Source: Octopus sinensis (lineage: Eukaryota). Taken from it: a stretch of DNA of 64,000 nt. This document shows positions 39,907-53,110 of this stretch, one piece after another. The stretch covers positions 2,418,001 through 2,482,000 of the forward strand of contig NC_043009.1 of the NCBI RefSeq assembly GCF_006345805.1, written 5' to 3'. The position numbers and the translations under genes are program-made. How positions within the stretch are numbered: position 1 is the stretch's first letter; each line of letters opens with the position of its first letter. The notes beneath the pieces are model-generated. The model had not been told where the DNA came from. It worked only from the letters and a program-made list of their open reading frames with translations, and did not search any database.

Positions 39907-40218
39907 GTGGAGGCGCAATGGCCCAGTGGTTAGGGCAGCGGACTCGCGGTCGGAGGATTGCGGTTTCGATATCCAGATCGGGTGTTGTGTCTATTGAGCG
40001 AAAAAACCTAAAGTTTCACGAGGCTCCGCCAGGGGGTGGTGGCGACCCCTGTTGTACTCTTTCGCCCCAACTTTCTCTCACTCTTTCTTCCTGTTTCTTG
40101 AGTAACGCTGCGATTGGTTAGTGTCCTGTGCAGCTGAGGGGACACACGCGCCACAGAAACCGGGAAACTGGGCCCATGAGCCTGGCTAGGCTTGGAAAGG
40201 GCGCAAAGAAAAAAAAAC
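39907..40218 (+). mobile_element. Full-length tRNA(Arg)-like SINE (family C)
   Basis: Head GGAGGCGCAATGGCCCAGTGGTTAGGGCAGCGGACTCGCGGTCGGAGGATTGCGGTTTCGAT, body, tail CCATGAGCCTGGCTAGGC, A-rich end. Confidence 0.88.
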
Positions 40219-40229
40219 TTGGTAACAGT

Positions 40230-40600
40230 AGGAACGTTTTGAAAAATGAGAGTGATATACAGTATCGTGTATAAAAGTCAACGTGTATTATTTCACGTTG
40301 AATTTGTATTAATCGAAGAATAAATATCCTCCGGTTGATGAACGTCAGAATACGAAACAATAGAAAATATCACAAGAGCAAAGTAGGTATTTATATCGCA
40401 ATGATTATATATAACTGACACTTACCTTTGAATAATGCACTAGTTTAGTACGCAGGGAGCTCGCTCAGAAGACTATCATAAGAAGTATCAAAACGCCGTG
40501 ATGAAATAGTATTTCCAATTGTGATCAAATGGTCTTCCTTGCTAGTATTAACTCTTTCAGTATAAAATCTCCAGGATTTTCTCTAGTTCAGATAGGTATC
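40230..40600. repeat. Unclassified dispersed repeat, copy 1 (3' part inverted relative to copy 2)
   Basis: 40271-40406 aligns directly with 41612-41749, while 40407-40596 aligns inverted with 41753-41978. Confidence 0.8.
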
Positions 40601-40806
40601 TGATATAATTATATGTTTTAATATATTAGGAACAATTATTTTTATCCCCATATTATTATTTGCGATGAATATTCTCAACAAATCATAAAGATATTGGCAC
40701 ACTATACTTCATTTTTGGAATTTGATCAGGACTAAATTTGATCCTAAATGCGTAATTAGAAGGGATCCTGGTTGTCCTAGTTCTGTTCGAATTATTAAAC
40801 TTAAGG

Positions 40807-41020
40807 AGGTACTCTTTCGCCCCAACTTTCTCTCACTCTTTCTTCCTGTTTCTTATCCCCGCCTTCTTATGCAACCGCTGTGCCTGGATGCGCATTCATC
40901 CATCCGTCGATGCTCTCGGTGTCCGAGGTTGACCTGCTTTGTCTTCTGCGAGCCTTACGAATAGCAAAGGACCACGTTTCGGACTTCTCCCACTAATGGG
41001 ACGAAGACCACTTCACTCAG
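40807..41020 (+). mobile_element. SINE family C internal fragment with a different 3' segment
   Basis: GTACTCTTTCGCCCCAACTTTCTCTCACTCTTTCTTCCTGTTTCTT is identical to ~40054-40099 and is followed by GC-richer, unrelated sequence. Confidence 0.7.
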
Positions 41021-41569
41021 CAAACAAACAACAAAGAAACAAACAGCAGCAACAACAACTAAACCAAAATGTTCATAAGTTATAATAGTTAGATTACAGA
41101 TATAATATTTCATTCCACCCCTCACCTGTCTGTCAAGATGGGTTTCAATTTCCAGCTTTTTTTATATTTCAGGTATTTATTAATGCATATACAGAAAATA
41201 TAGTAAATAAATTTTACTATTTTATCAAAAATATCAGTAGAACAAGCGTAGGGATACTAATTATATCGGCTATAAACACTAGTAATTACAAATTTATGCA
41301 AATCACTTACCCTAAGATCTGCTTATCATGAAGCTTTAGGTTTTACTTATAACAAAATACGCCATTCAAAACTGAAGAAATAGGGGAGGATACCTTTCCT
41401 ATAGAAAAAGTTATTGTAAAACATTTCTACTAAATGTATATCGTTTAACAATCGATATAATTGAAACAACACACGGTAAAATATAATGGTGTTCATTTTC
41501 TTCAAATCCCAGTTATATAATTTAATAAATGAGGAAACTTTGTAGCGAGCTTTCCTTCGTGTCGACGCA

Positions 41570-41980
41570 GACATTTTTGGCAAAGTGAGAAGGATATCGA
41601 ATAACACGTATACAAAAGTCAACGTGTATTATTTAACGTCAATGTTCTGTTTATTGATGAATAAATATCCACGCGTTGATGAACGCCAGAGGATAGGAAA
41701 CAATGGAAAACGTCACAGGAGCGAAGTAAGTATTTGTATCGCCATGATTGAAAGCTATCCGAAAAAGAGAAAATCCTGAAAATTTTAAGTTGAAACAATT
41801 AATACTGGCAAGGAAAACCATTTGATCAAAATTTGAAATACTATTTCCTTATTACGTTTTAATACGGCATAAGATAGTTTCTAGAGCTCCAGGTGCACTG
41901 AAGGATCTCTAGTACCAAATGAAATTCATATCCGTGTACAAAACTAGTGCATTAACCATAGAAAAGTTTCAGTTATGTAT
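41570..41980. repeat. Unclassified dispersed repeat, copy 2
   Basis: See copy 1. Shared blocks include AAAAGTCAACGTGTATTATTT, GAATAAATATCC and GTTGATGAACG. Confidence 0.8.
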
Positions 41981-43257
41981 CAAGATGATAATTTCTGTCT
42001 TTTTTTCTCAGTTTCGAAGACATAAGAAGTATGATCACCCACAAAAGATTTAATCTCTACAAACTGACATCTCCGTTATAGTAAAACTTTAAATCAAATA
42101 TTGTAAACTATTAATGAACTCGTACTTTGTTTTCTAGCTAAAAGTTTTCAGATCGGTTCTCCTAGTGGAAAGGATTATTTTACCAGACCCCTGTGCTGGA
42201 GCCACGTAAAATTCACTCGTGGCAGTGCCACATAAATGTACCCGTGCAGTGCCACGTACGAACCACCCAACCTGGTCCATGAGAAAGATTAAAAGGCATT
42301 CTGTTTATCATTCAGTACACTTCTCATGCATGTCTGACAGCAGTATTCGATGTGTCTTTCTGTTTCTCTCCTTGTCTTGCTTTATTATAATACATTGCAG
42401 CATGTAATATGCCAATAATCTTCCTGTTACTTTTACCCCCTCTATGCTTCCCATTTGGAATACAAATATAAATTGCAATTAATTTTGTCCCGGCTTAAGA
42501 TAATTTTTGGAGAATGCGTACAGAAATATAGATTTCGAAATATTTTCGCTTTAGAGGTTACAATTTTTACAAAAACGAAAAAACGAAAAAGCTATGAATT
42601 ATACTACATTCTCTAAATTAGCACGCTATATATTCGGTTTAAATTACTCCCAGTATACGAATGATAAATATTGTATCGATATTCGATCAAACAAAGGGAA
42701 TTCTTATGTGGCGAAATTGAAATTGCGAACATTAAGTGACAGAACAACGTTCTTTCATTTGATGCCCTTCAATTGCTTTATAATATTAATATTACACACT
42801 CGCTGTACATGTTTCAATTGTTCGTTGTGGGTTAATTTCAGCAATACATTTGTGGCAAATATGAGCCATGTTTGTCTTTCATGAATATGAGGTCATTAAA
42901 ATAACTGTTTGGCATTGATTGGGATCGATGGAAACACTATAAATGTGTGACTTTGTAAAAGCGTTGAAAATCAATATTTTTAACGAAATAAATTACATAA
43001 TTTCTAACACATCTAACTGAAGATTATTTGTAAACCAATAAATAATATAATTAAAGAAAAAATAACAATTCATGAACATGGTGCTACAGAATGAAGAAAA
43101 CAATAAACGCATAAACTGAACGATCCAAACAGAGGTGACGATTGCATTTGATGTTACAACAACGATATTTACTGACATGAAAAATAATATCTTAATTAAT
43201 AACAAACAGTATTTTATGAATGAAAGCTGAATATTTATATTGATTTTGTTTCTTCAG

Positions 43258-43297
43258 ACCTCGTGCTTGACAGAACCGGCAGACCAAATATTACCCG
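43258..43297 (+). CDS. Candidate internal coding exon (40 nt; TSCLTEPADQILP+g, or phase-1 xLVLDRTGRPNITR), product unknown
   Basis: Strong acceptor TGATTTTGTTTCTTCAG and donor CCG|GTAATT. The segment is ~50% GC in an AT-rich context and two frames are open. No homology recognised. Confidence 0.4.
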
Positions 43298-43525
43298 GTA
43301 ATTAAATACATCCCTTTATGGTGTGATTGTAGCATTATTTGAAAGCAGAATTATTTGGTCGAAAGCGATATATAATCTTACCTTTTCCACGTAGTGTCAT
43401 ACGTTTTACAGCAATGGATCACGTTGCCGTTATTTTTGGTATGGTAATTATTTCAACTATACATTCGTTGATCAAATCATAAGTAACTCCTGTTGTAGTA
43501 ATACAGAAATGATGCTACAAATTAT

Positions 43526-43608
<83 letters not shown>

Positions 43609-43617
43609 TATATATAT

Positions 43618-43656
<39 letters not shown>

Positions 43657-44586
43657 GTACGTATGTATGTATGTATAACAACATCTCTACTGGAGTCATA
43701 TAGATATATATTTGTAGTCGCGAATATGGAAACTTGACGGAAGCTATATTAACGAGATACACAATGTAATATACCAGGTTTTCGATTTAAGCGGATTTTT
43801 GCATTCCGATGGATTTTTAATCCTTTGATTATGCCCGAAACCAATTTAAATCAAGTATCTGAGACAATTTTCGGAAATAAAGTGAGAAAAATTCAAAGAC
43901 CTAATTGTTAGAGCAAGATGAATATATACCTCAATGCATTATGCCTTGCATACCACTACGCATTCGCTAATTTTAACTGAAATTAATAGTAATACATGGG
44001 GATAAAAAGCCTAGATATACCAAAATATGGTAAACGATTTCATTAGAGTTACCCGATAACCCATTTAATCCAAACAAAGCTGACAGCCTTAAACATTAAG
44101 GAATTATATATTATGAAGAATTGGCGCCACTTTAAAGTAAAGCAGCCAAAATCAACGTTGGTTATGTTAAAAATGTAAAATCTTTGGGGAGATTGGTTAG
44201 GGCACAAATTCTGAGAAGTAGGCGCCAAATCCATTTTACATACTGTATTAGCAATCACAAGGTCAATATCTAGTCTTAGAACATTGTGGAGTATGTATCC
44301 TTCGCATTAATGGAACAATATTTAAATCCAAAATCCATAATGGCTTCCAAATATTCACCTCATTCGAACCTCAAAACACCCCAACACCATCCGCCAGAGA
44401 GGGGAAATATACACACAAACTGTGCCAGCTAAAGTATTATGTGGTTGCATAGGATATTTCTACGTTACCTAATGCGTGTATGTATGTATTATGTATATAT
44501 ATATATATATATATATATACAGACATACATATATATATATATATATAGACATACATACATACATATATATATATATTATATATATA

Positions 44587-44625
<39 letters not shown>

Positions 44626-44691
44626 CATACATATATAGATATATAGATATATAGATATATATATATATATATATATAATATATATATATAT

Positions 44692-44744
<53 letters not shown>

Positions 44745-44771
44745 CATACATACATACACACACATATATAT

Positions 44772-44836
<65 letters not shown>

Positions 44837-45167
44837 ACACACACACAAAGAATCGTAGTTTGCCATGCAAAATAATATAAAGTCAGTTTATATCGAAGAA
44901 ATACATTAAAATCTGTTTTCTGACACGCGGTTGTCAAAAGAATAAATGGTGCTCAACTTAAGCTGCTTCGTAATGTTTGTAAAACTGACTTAATATATAA
45001 GTAGGTCTATTTATGTTTACATTTCTTTAAAATCTTTGTAAATTTTGGGTTTTAAACAGAATTGTGGAGTCGATTCAGCTATGCGTACACACATTGTTAT
45101 ACACTCATAAACACGCACACACACACACACATATGTATAGATATATATATATACATGTTATATATAT

Positions 45168-45228
<61 letters not shown>

Positions 45229-45659
45229 ATATTATATATACGTATATACATATATATAAGCGCATCTATGTATGTATGTCTATATATATATATATGTGTG
45301 TGTGTATGTATATACATATATATATATATATATGTATATATATATGTGTGTGTGTATGTATATACATATATATATGTATATATATATATATATTATATAT
45401 ATATATATATATGTTTGTATATATATATATACCACGCACACGCAAACACACACATTTATATACAATACAGATGCATTTTCAATCTTGAATTTAAAAATAA
45501 TAATTGTTTTTTTTATATATACGCCTAACGTGTATTTGTCATGAGATTAGGCGGAAAACAGGTTGTTTAAAGGTGGGAAGATGCAAACAGCAATGTATTT
45601 TCGTACAGGGAGGAAATGGCTAAAATGTTTTGATGTTCATTCCTTGTAACTATTATTTA

Positions 45660-47587
45660 TTTCCATAGTTCTTCGATGTGTTTTCAACTGGTCGACAAAA
45701 GCCTTGGTCGCCTCCCTCTTGCTGTTTTGTTTGTATAGATTTCACTAGTATTCAAGGGAAACAATCGAGTGTGCAAATAGTGTTTCTAAACGTTATTCCA
45801 TATATTTTACTTCCCTGTATATAATCTAGAATTTTGTTATCATTTGATTTAAATATATTTTTTGTTACGCTTCGCTGACTTTGACTTTCATTTCTCCTTG
45901 TATAATGTCATCCGGCTCGAAAATCCCTAAATATCTATAACCACTACCGTCGGGTTCACCCATGATCTCTCCTGATGGTAACCGCAATCCTGTTCAGGCT
46001 GTGTTCTTCCCTCTTTTCATATTAAGTACTGAGCATTTGGTAATCCCAAATTCCATACTGATGTCCCAACGACACTTCTGGTCTGTTTTGGTTAAGTGAT
46101 CTATCTACTTTTTTCAGATTTTCCAAACAATTTCCGGTCATCCATGAACAGGGAATGGCTCAACGATGGGCCTTTCTTCCCCCATCGGTAACCCATTTTA
46201 AGTTTCCTAAGTGTTATTGTTTTGGGTATTGATGTAATCACAAAAGTAACAGAAAATGTGTCACCTTGGAAGATTCACTTTTTAATATTAACTTCTCTAA
46301 GGAATACCTTACATGAGTACAATTTGGTTTTCCACCATTTCATGCTATGCATCAAAAAATTTGTGATGTTGTCAGAAACGCCAAACACCTGAAGACATTC
46401 AACAATCCAAGAATGAGGCATCATATCATATGCCTTCTGAAAGTCAATCCAAGCCATAAACATGTTTGTATGATGTTTTTTACAATGTCTCAACCATTTT
46501 TATCGGTGACCAGATGATACTTGCTACCCTGAGAACTTTTCCTACATCCTTTTTGCTCTCTTGGTAGTATTGCTTCCTGTACCAGGAAAGTGTGTCTTTG
46601 TCACCCATATTCTTGTGAGTATCTCCCAGAATATGTTCAAGCATACTACGGGACGGTAGTTTCCCACAATATTCCCCTTTCTTCTATCTTTCATTACCAG
46701 TGTTGTCCGCCCAGTCACCACCCACGAAGGGACTGTACCCTTCTGGACTCATTCAATTGGGCTGCTAGTCTCTCATGCACCGCATGGCACCTCTTCAGCC
46801 AGACGCCATGAATCCCACCCGGTCCGGGGGCTTTCCAGTTAGGCACTTTACCCACTTGTTCTTTCACATAACATATGCTTATGACAATATTCCTTTGTTC
46901 CTTTCCTTTCCTCCTTGTAATTCTGTCTTGATAATTCCTACCCTCATTGCATCCCTTTTATGTACCACATTGTTTCCACATAATCCGCTGCAGAACTCCT
47001 TGGCTTAATTTCCATCAGGGGCAACATTTTCCCTATTGTCTCCTCCTAACGTTCGGGTTAATTTTGAACAATCTGTTCTCCTCGAACTGCTTATTTCTGT
47101 TCACAAATCTTCTGATCTTCTAGCTTTTTGCCATGATCTCCTGTTTTAACAGCTCTATTAATGCATCAACCCGTTCTTCCGTATTTTATATTTCTTCTCT
47201 AATTTCTCCCAATCGGTCTTTTTACCCTTTTTCCTGCTTCCTCTTAACATTGCTCAGTTTTCTTTAGATCTTGCGTTGCCCGCATTATGTTCCTTTCAAT
47301 GCGTCATTTCCACCATAGTTCTTTTGTTCCGCCATTTTTTTTTATTTTCTTAAGTTGTAATTTCTCTTCAACAAGTAGCGCAAATGCTCAGAGAAGATTC
47401 CTTGTTTGTGTTATGTCCTCATTCTGAATGTATGTTAGGACAGTATTTATCTTTTGTGTTACTTTATTTATCATACTCCTATCTACTCTTCTCATATTCA
47501 TGGGGATTTTTTCTTCTGGATCATCCATCAACTCAGTGAGTCGGCGTTGAATTTCAAGCAATTCGTTATCTAGTTGATTCATATCCG

Positions 47588-47638
<51 letters not shown>

Positions 47639-48264
47639 TATATCCGTTGATTCATTATATATTATATATATATATATATATCCGTTGATTCATGTCCACC
47701 CACCAGAGTATAAGGTTTCACTTTATCACGTTCCTGATCCTCATCCTTAACAAATCCATCACCACTCCCCCGTTCCTCCTCTCTACTCTTCTCCCTACTT
47801 ATAATTCCTACCTCTGTTTTCAATTCCGACCATCCTTTGTAGCCCATCCGCAGGGTCTTCCAGACCCTCACTAAACCGAGGTATTTCTACTCCAGTTAAG
47901 TAACCACTCTTCCTAACCACTCTCACGTGTTTCATTAGTTTATTTTCTGATATTTTACAGAATTCCTTTTCCATCCAAAGTTTCAAGGTACGTCGGTATA
48001 CTCTGCGATTTCTTTCCAGGTTTGCTCTTTCATGACATTCAATAGGTGCATCGTACTCGTCCTTCGCCCATTTATGTCTGTTTTTGCGCACACCGTGTAT
48101 GTTACCTGTTGTGACATAATGACCGTTCGAGGCCAGATCACTGCCCCTGATGCGAGTGGTTTCGGAGGTGCCGGGCGGGAAACCTTCACTAAGATCGGCT
48201 TTAGCTTCATTCTCGCCTTTAATTCTTTCCTCGCTTTGTTGCATCATGATTTCATGAGTTGTTC

Positions 48265-48266
<2 letters not shown>
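45660..48266 (-). mobile_element. Decayed R4/Dong-clade non-LTR retrotransposon (N-terminal domain plus RT; 3' endonuclease end missing)
   Basis: N-terminal RHKWAKDEY...KISENKLMKHVRVVRKSGYLTGVEI. RT motifs appear in broken frames: NWKAPGPGGI, GNYRPVVCL, EQKGCRK, AWIDFQKAYD, GIFQGD, LFMDD, MEFGITKC, YRYLGI. The 5' end abuts (TAA)n. Confidence 0.92.
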
Positions 48267-48328
<62 letters not shown>

Positions 48329-48541
48329 CATTAAATGGATAGATCGATCGTCGATTTTGAGAAAGTTTGAAAATTAAATTGTTTTGAAGTTTTTCGCCAC
48401 GCCATGTCGCTATGTTTTAACAATAAAAGAAAAATATAGTTCTCTAATTTATACTAATTTATACGAGTCAACAACTGTCAATAATAAAAAATCATAGCAT
48501 AAATAGAAAACTCATACTCACACAAACGCGTATATACATAC

Positions 48542-48595
<54 letters not shown>

Positions 48596-49236
48596 CATAT
48601 GTATGTATATACGTATGTATATATCTGTGACTGTATATGCGTATGTATATGAATTTGTAGATATATGTATACATGTGCATATATATATATATATGTAAGT
48701 ATGTATATATGTCTATATATATATATATAATATATATATATATATGTATGTTCATATGTATCTTTATACAGACATACCAAATTACTACGAAGCAGAAATG
48801 CTGTTGGTAGAGGGTAAAAAAGAAATGAAATATTCCGAAAGAAAAATAAATAGAATTACAAGCAAATATATAGCTATACAAAGAAGAAGTGCAAAATGGA
48901 GGAAGCCAATGGCCGTGAAGAGAAACAAAAACTATTTAACGAGTGGATTTAAAATCTGTGTAAATGCATGTTAAAAGAATAGTTTTAAAGAAACAAACAC
49001 AAACTAAAGCGCATTTAAACAGTAAGGAAGAAAAAGAATAGAAATTACATTACTGTAACATCGAATGAAAACCGAGAGGAAAAAATAAAGTTAAAATAAC
49101 TTGGAATAAATAAATAAGTAATAAATCTAAGCCAAGCCGAGATTTTAAAAAATAATAATAATATAAATCTCCCTGATGATATAGAAATACAAGAAACAAA
49201 TTAACAAGCTTTAGACTGCTGAATTTAGTTTATGCA

Positions 49237-49276
<40 letters not shown>

Positions 49277-49518
49277 TTATTATTATTATTATTATTATTA
49301 TTATCATTAAATGGATAGATCGATCGTCGATTTTGAGAAAGTTTGAAAATAAATTGTTTTGAAGTTTTTCGCCACGCCATGTCGCTATGTTTTAACAATA
49401 AAAGAAAAATATAGTTCTCTAATTTATACTAATTTATACGAGTCAACAACTGTCAATAATAAAAAATCATAGCATAAATAGAAAACTCATACTCACACAA
49501 ACGCGTATATACATACAT

Positions 49519-49575
<57 letters not shown>

Positions 49576-49689
49576 CATATGTATGTATATACGTATGTAT
49601 ATATCTGTGACTGTATATGCGTATGTATATGAATTTGTAGATATATGTATACATGTGCATATATATATATATATGTAAGTATGTATATA

Positions 49690-49730
<41 letters not shown>

Positions 49731-50218
49731 TCATATGTATCTTTATACAGACATACCAAATTACTACGAAGCAGAAATGCTGTTGGTAGAGGGTAAAAAA
49801 GAAATGAAATATTCCGAAAGAAAAATAAATAGAATTACAAGCAAATATATAGCTATACAAAGAAGAAGTGCAAAATGGAGGAAGCCAAATGGCCGTGAAG
49901 AGAAACAAAAACTATTTAACGAGTGGATTTAAAAATCTGTGTAAATGCATGTTAAAAGAATAGTTTTAAAGAAACAAACACAAACTAAAGCGCATTTAAA
50001 CAAGTAAGGAAGAAAAAGAATAGAAATTACATTACTGTAACATCGAATGAAAACCGAGAGGAAAAAATAAAGTTAAAATAACTTGGAATAAATAAATAAG
50101 TAATAAATCTAAGCCAAGCCGAGATTTTAAAAAATAATAATAATATAAATCTCCCTGATGATATAGAAATACAAGAAACAAATTAACAAGCTTTAGACTG
50201 CTGAATTTAGTTTATGCA

Positions 50219-50280
<62 letters not shown>
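48266..50280. repeat. Tandem duplication of a ~980-bp unit bounded by three (TTA)n arrays
   Basis: 48329-49237 is almost identical to 49305-50219. The (TTA)n arrays are at 48266-48328, 49238-49304 and 50220-50280. Confidence 0.95.
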
Positions 50281-50282
<2 letters not shown>

Positions 50283-50344
50283 GTTATTATTGTTGTTGTT
50301 ATTATTGTTGTTATCATTATTATTATTGTTGTTGTTGCTGTTGC

Positions 50345-50384
<40 letters not shown>

Positions 50385-50803
50385 GTTTTTGTTGTTGTTG
50401 TTGCTGTTATTATTATTATTATTATCAATATTATTATCAGCAGCAGCATCGTTACCATCATCATCATCATCATCATTTTTACTATTATTTTGTCTGCGTT
50501 TTTCGATTTTTCAGTGGCTTTTCTTCCGCATTTATGTTTACATATGTGTTATCAGATGTTTATAAAAAAAAAAAAAGAAAACTGGGTCGCCACACTAAGA
50601 ATACTCTGTTCTGTTTTGCTTATGAAATAACATTCAGACATACAGTTGCATGTACATATAAGAAGACACTACTGTACGGATATGAACTTTTCATACCTAC
50701 GCGAGTTTCTTGTTCAATTCTCACTTCACGACATCTTTGTCAGTTGTCTACAATTATGATCTGGATTTATTCAACATATGATTTACATGTACACGCACAC
50801 ACA

Positions 50804-50905
50804 CATGGTTTAGTGGTTAGGGTTTTGTACTCAAGGTTGCGAAATCATGGGTTCTATTCCAGGACTGGTCGTTGTGTTGTGTTCTTTAGTAAAACACTTC
50901 ATTCT
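50804..50905 (+). mobile_element. Degenerate SINE head
   Basis: CATGGTTTAGTGGTTAGGG...GGTTCTATTCC...TGTGTTCTTTAGTAAAACACTTCATT. Confidence 0.55.
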
Positions 50906-50934
50906 ATATACGTCGCCTAACGACAGGAGAGTCC

Positions 50935-50977
<43 letters not shown>

Positions 50978-50985
50978 ATAATATA

Positions 50986-51037
<52 letters not shown>

Positions 51038-52829
51038 CATATATATATATACATATATACATATATATATATACATATATATATACATATGGTTCGTAAG
51101 CAAGCTACTTTTCACTTTTCAAAATTTTACAATAAAACTCTCAAGATGTTTGAACAGATCCCAGATTATGCTTATTTACTCGGTAATACAATCAACACTG
51201 CAGTTTTGATACAGCCCAGATATTACAGAATGGATTACTCATTGATTAAGGCAACAAGGAAGCTGCAAATCTGCCGCTTAATCTGCTAAAATTAGCAGCC
51301 ATATTTCCTTCAATCTTGCTCGTAGACTGCGAATATGCAATGAAAGAAACCTTGAATTATGAATTCTTATGTATCTAAAATACGATATACTCATGGCTTG
51401 ATATTCGTAAGTCCTTGCCCGGATCAATAAGATCTAAAATAAAAACAAAACTAACAATTGTTCACGTCCAATTAATTGTTTAGTAATATATTCTTTACTT
51501 CGCAGTAACGCGTCTCTGAGCTTAATACACGCACAAAAAAACAGACACACATGTACAACCCACCTCCATCTCCTCACATATGTATTTTACTTGGGTTGAA
51601 GAACATTTTCTGGATTTGATCTCGAACACTCGTCTTTGAGAAGCAGATTTTGCTTCCTTATGGGTGTATTTTTTGTCAGTGAGAGATCCTTTATAGTGTT
51701 GAAGATGACATTTCTCGCTGTACCGAAGGTTCTCGCAGTGTACTTCGATTTCAGGGTTTCGGGTGGCGAGTGAAGATGTTTTCTCTATGCATATGTGTTT
51801 CGTGGACTGACACTGTAATGTTGAACGAGGAAACATGGTCCTTAATTAGAACATCATTTTTGGGTTCAGTATAGATTTGAAAGAGGGCGTCAATGTTTCT
51901 TTTTAGAGAAGAATCTATTTTCGCAGAAATTTAAAACGAAATAAATTTATCTATCATCTACTAATGAATTTGCGTGGGTAGAGTTTGAAGCACATATATA
52001 CCCACAAGGGTAGCGGGAGGAAGTAGATGAAATGCGGATAATTAACCGCATCGCCACCAGGCCAGTAAAATCGTAGACACTGGAAATTCACAATAACAAG
52101 AAAAAAGGTCATTAAAAAATGTAGAAAAAACGAGAAAAATTTATTTTAAAAACAAACTGAACTTCGTCAGACGCGTAGGATCATTGACTTATACGACTTC
52201 TGTTGCTTTTTCCAAAACTTGTTGAGAAAACGCAAAGTTATTCCAGACAGCATTTCAGTGGCTATATTTAGCGATGTAAGTTTTATTGTCTTTTAATTTG
52301 CTGGTATGTGACCTTAGCCTGTAGGAATAATTGAATGAAGCAATAGGAAGTCGTGTCTTTGTATATGTATATATATGTTGTTGTTTTATATTTCTCCTTC
52401 AGATATTATTTTGTTTTCTTTTCAGCTACTAATTAACATGATCATTATATATGACTTTATATACTGATTTATTTTAATATTCTGCTGTTTGGTTAATTAG
52501 CTGTTTATCCTCGCGTATTTACTCACAAACCTACACATTTGAAGGCAGATAGAGGACAAATATGAATTTCTTATTGTCTGATGAGAGGCCACTTTAACCT
52601 TGCCTATATTAAAGCTGAAGATTTATTTGTAAATATATCGTTATGGCAACAGAACATATAAATATCTTTACTATATTATTGAATAAAAAACGTTTTAATC
52701 TGAAAAAAGAAAATATTATGGTAATATTAATACCTGGTTTATATTGTTTTTCTGCTTCTCACAACTAGAAGCATACAGAAGAACGGAACAATCACTGTCA
52801 TTAATATTATGATAAATATCCTTCACCTC

Positions 52830-53110
52830 CACCCTTCCCTTAATCACCTTAAACATCAACATTCTCATTATCTTCATAATCGTTACATTCACCATCATTC
52901 TCATCAACATCAAAAATGCCGCTTCCACTGACACATTCAACAGTACAAACATCAGCATCAACCCCACCAAATCTACTACAATCATCATCATCAGCAGCAG
53001 CAGTTGCAGCAGCAGCAGCAGTTGCAGCAGCAGTAGCAGCAGCAGTAACAGCAGCGACAACAACATCAATAACCCATAAACACTACCACAACAAATCCAC
53101 ACATACAACA
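52830..53110. repeat. Compound ATC/AAC/CAG low-complexity tract
   Basis: Degenerate trinucleotide repeats that generate the poly-A/poly-L/poly-Q ORFs. Confidence 0.8.

Noticed and set aside
49172-49205. CUGAUGA...GAAAC in the duplicated unit (and its copy near 50155)
   Set aside because: No stem III closure or stem I complement.
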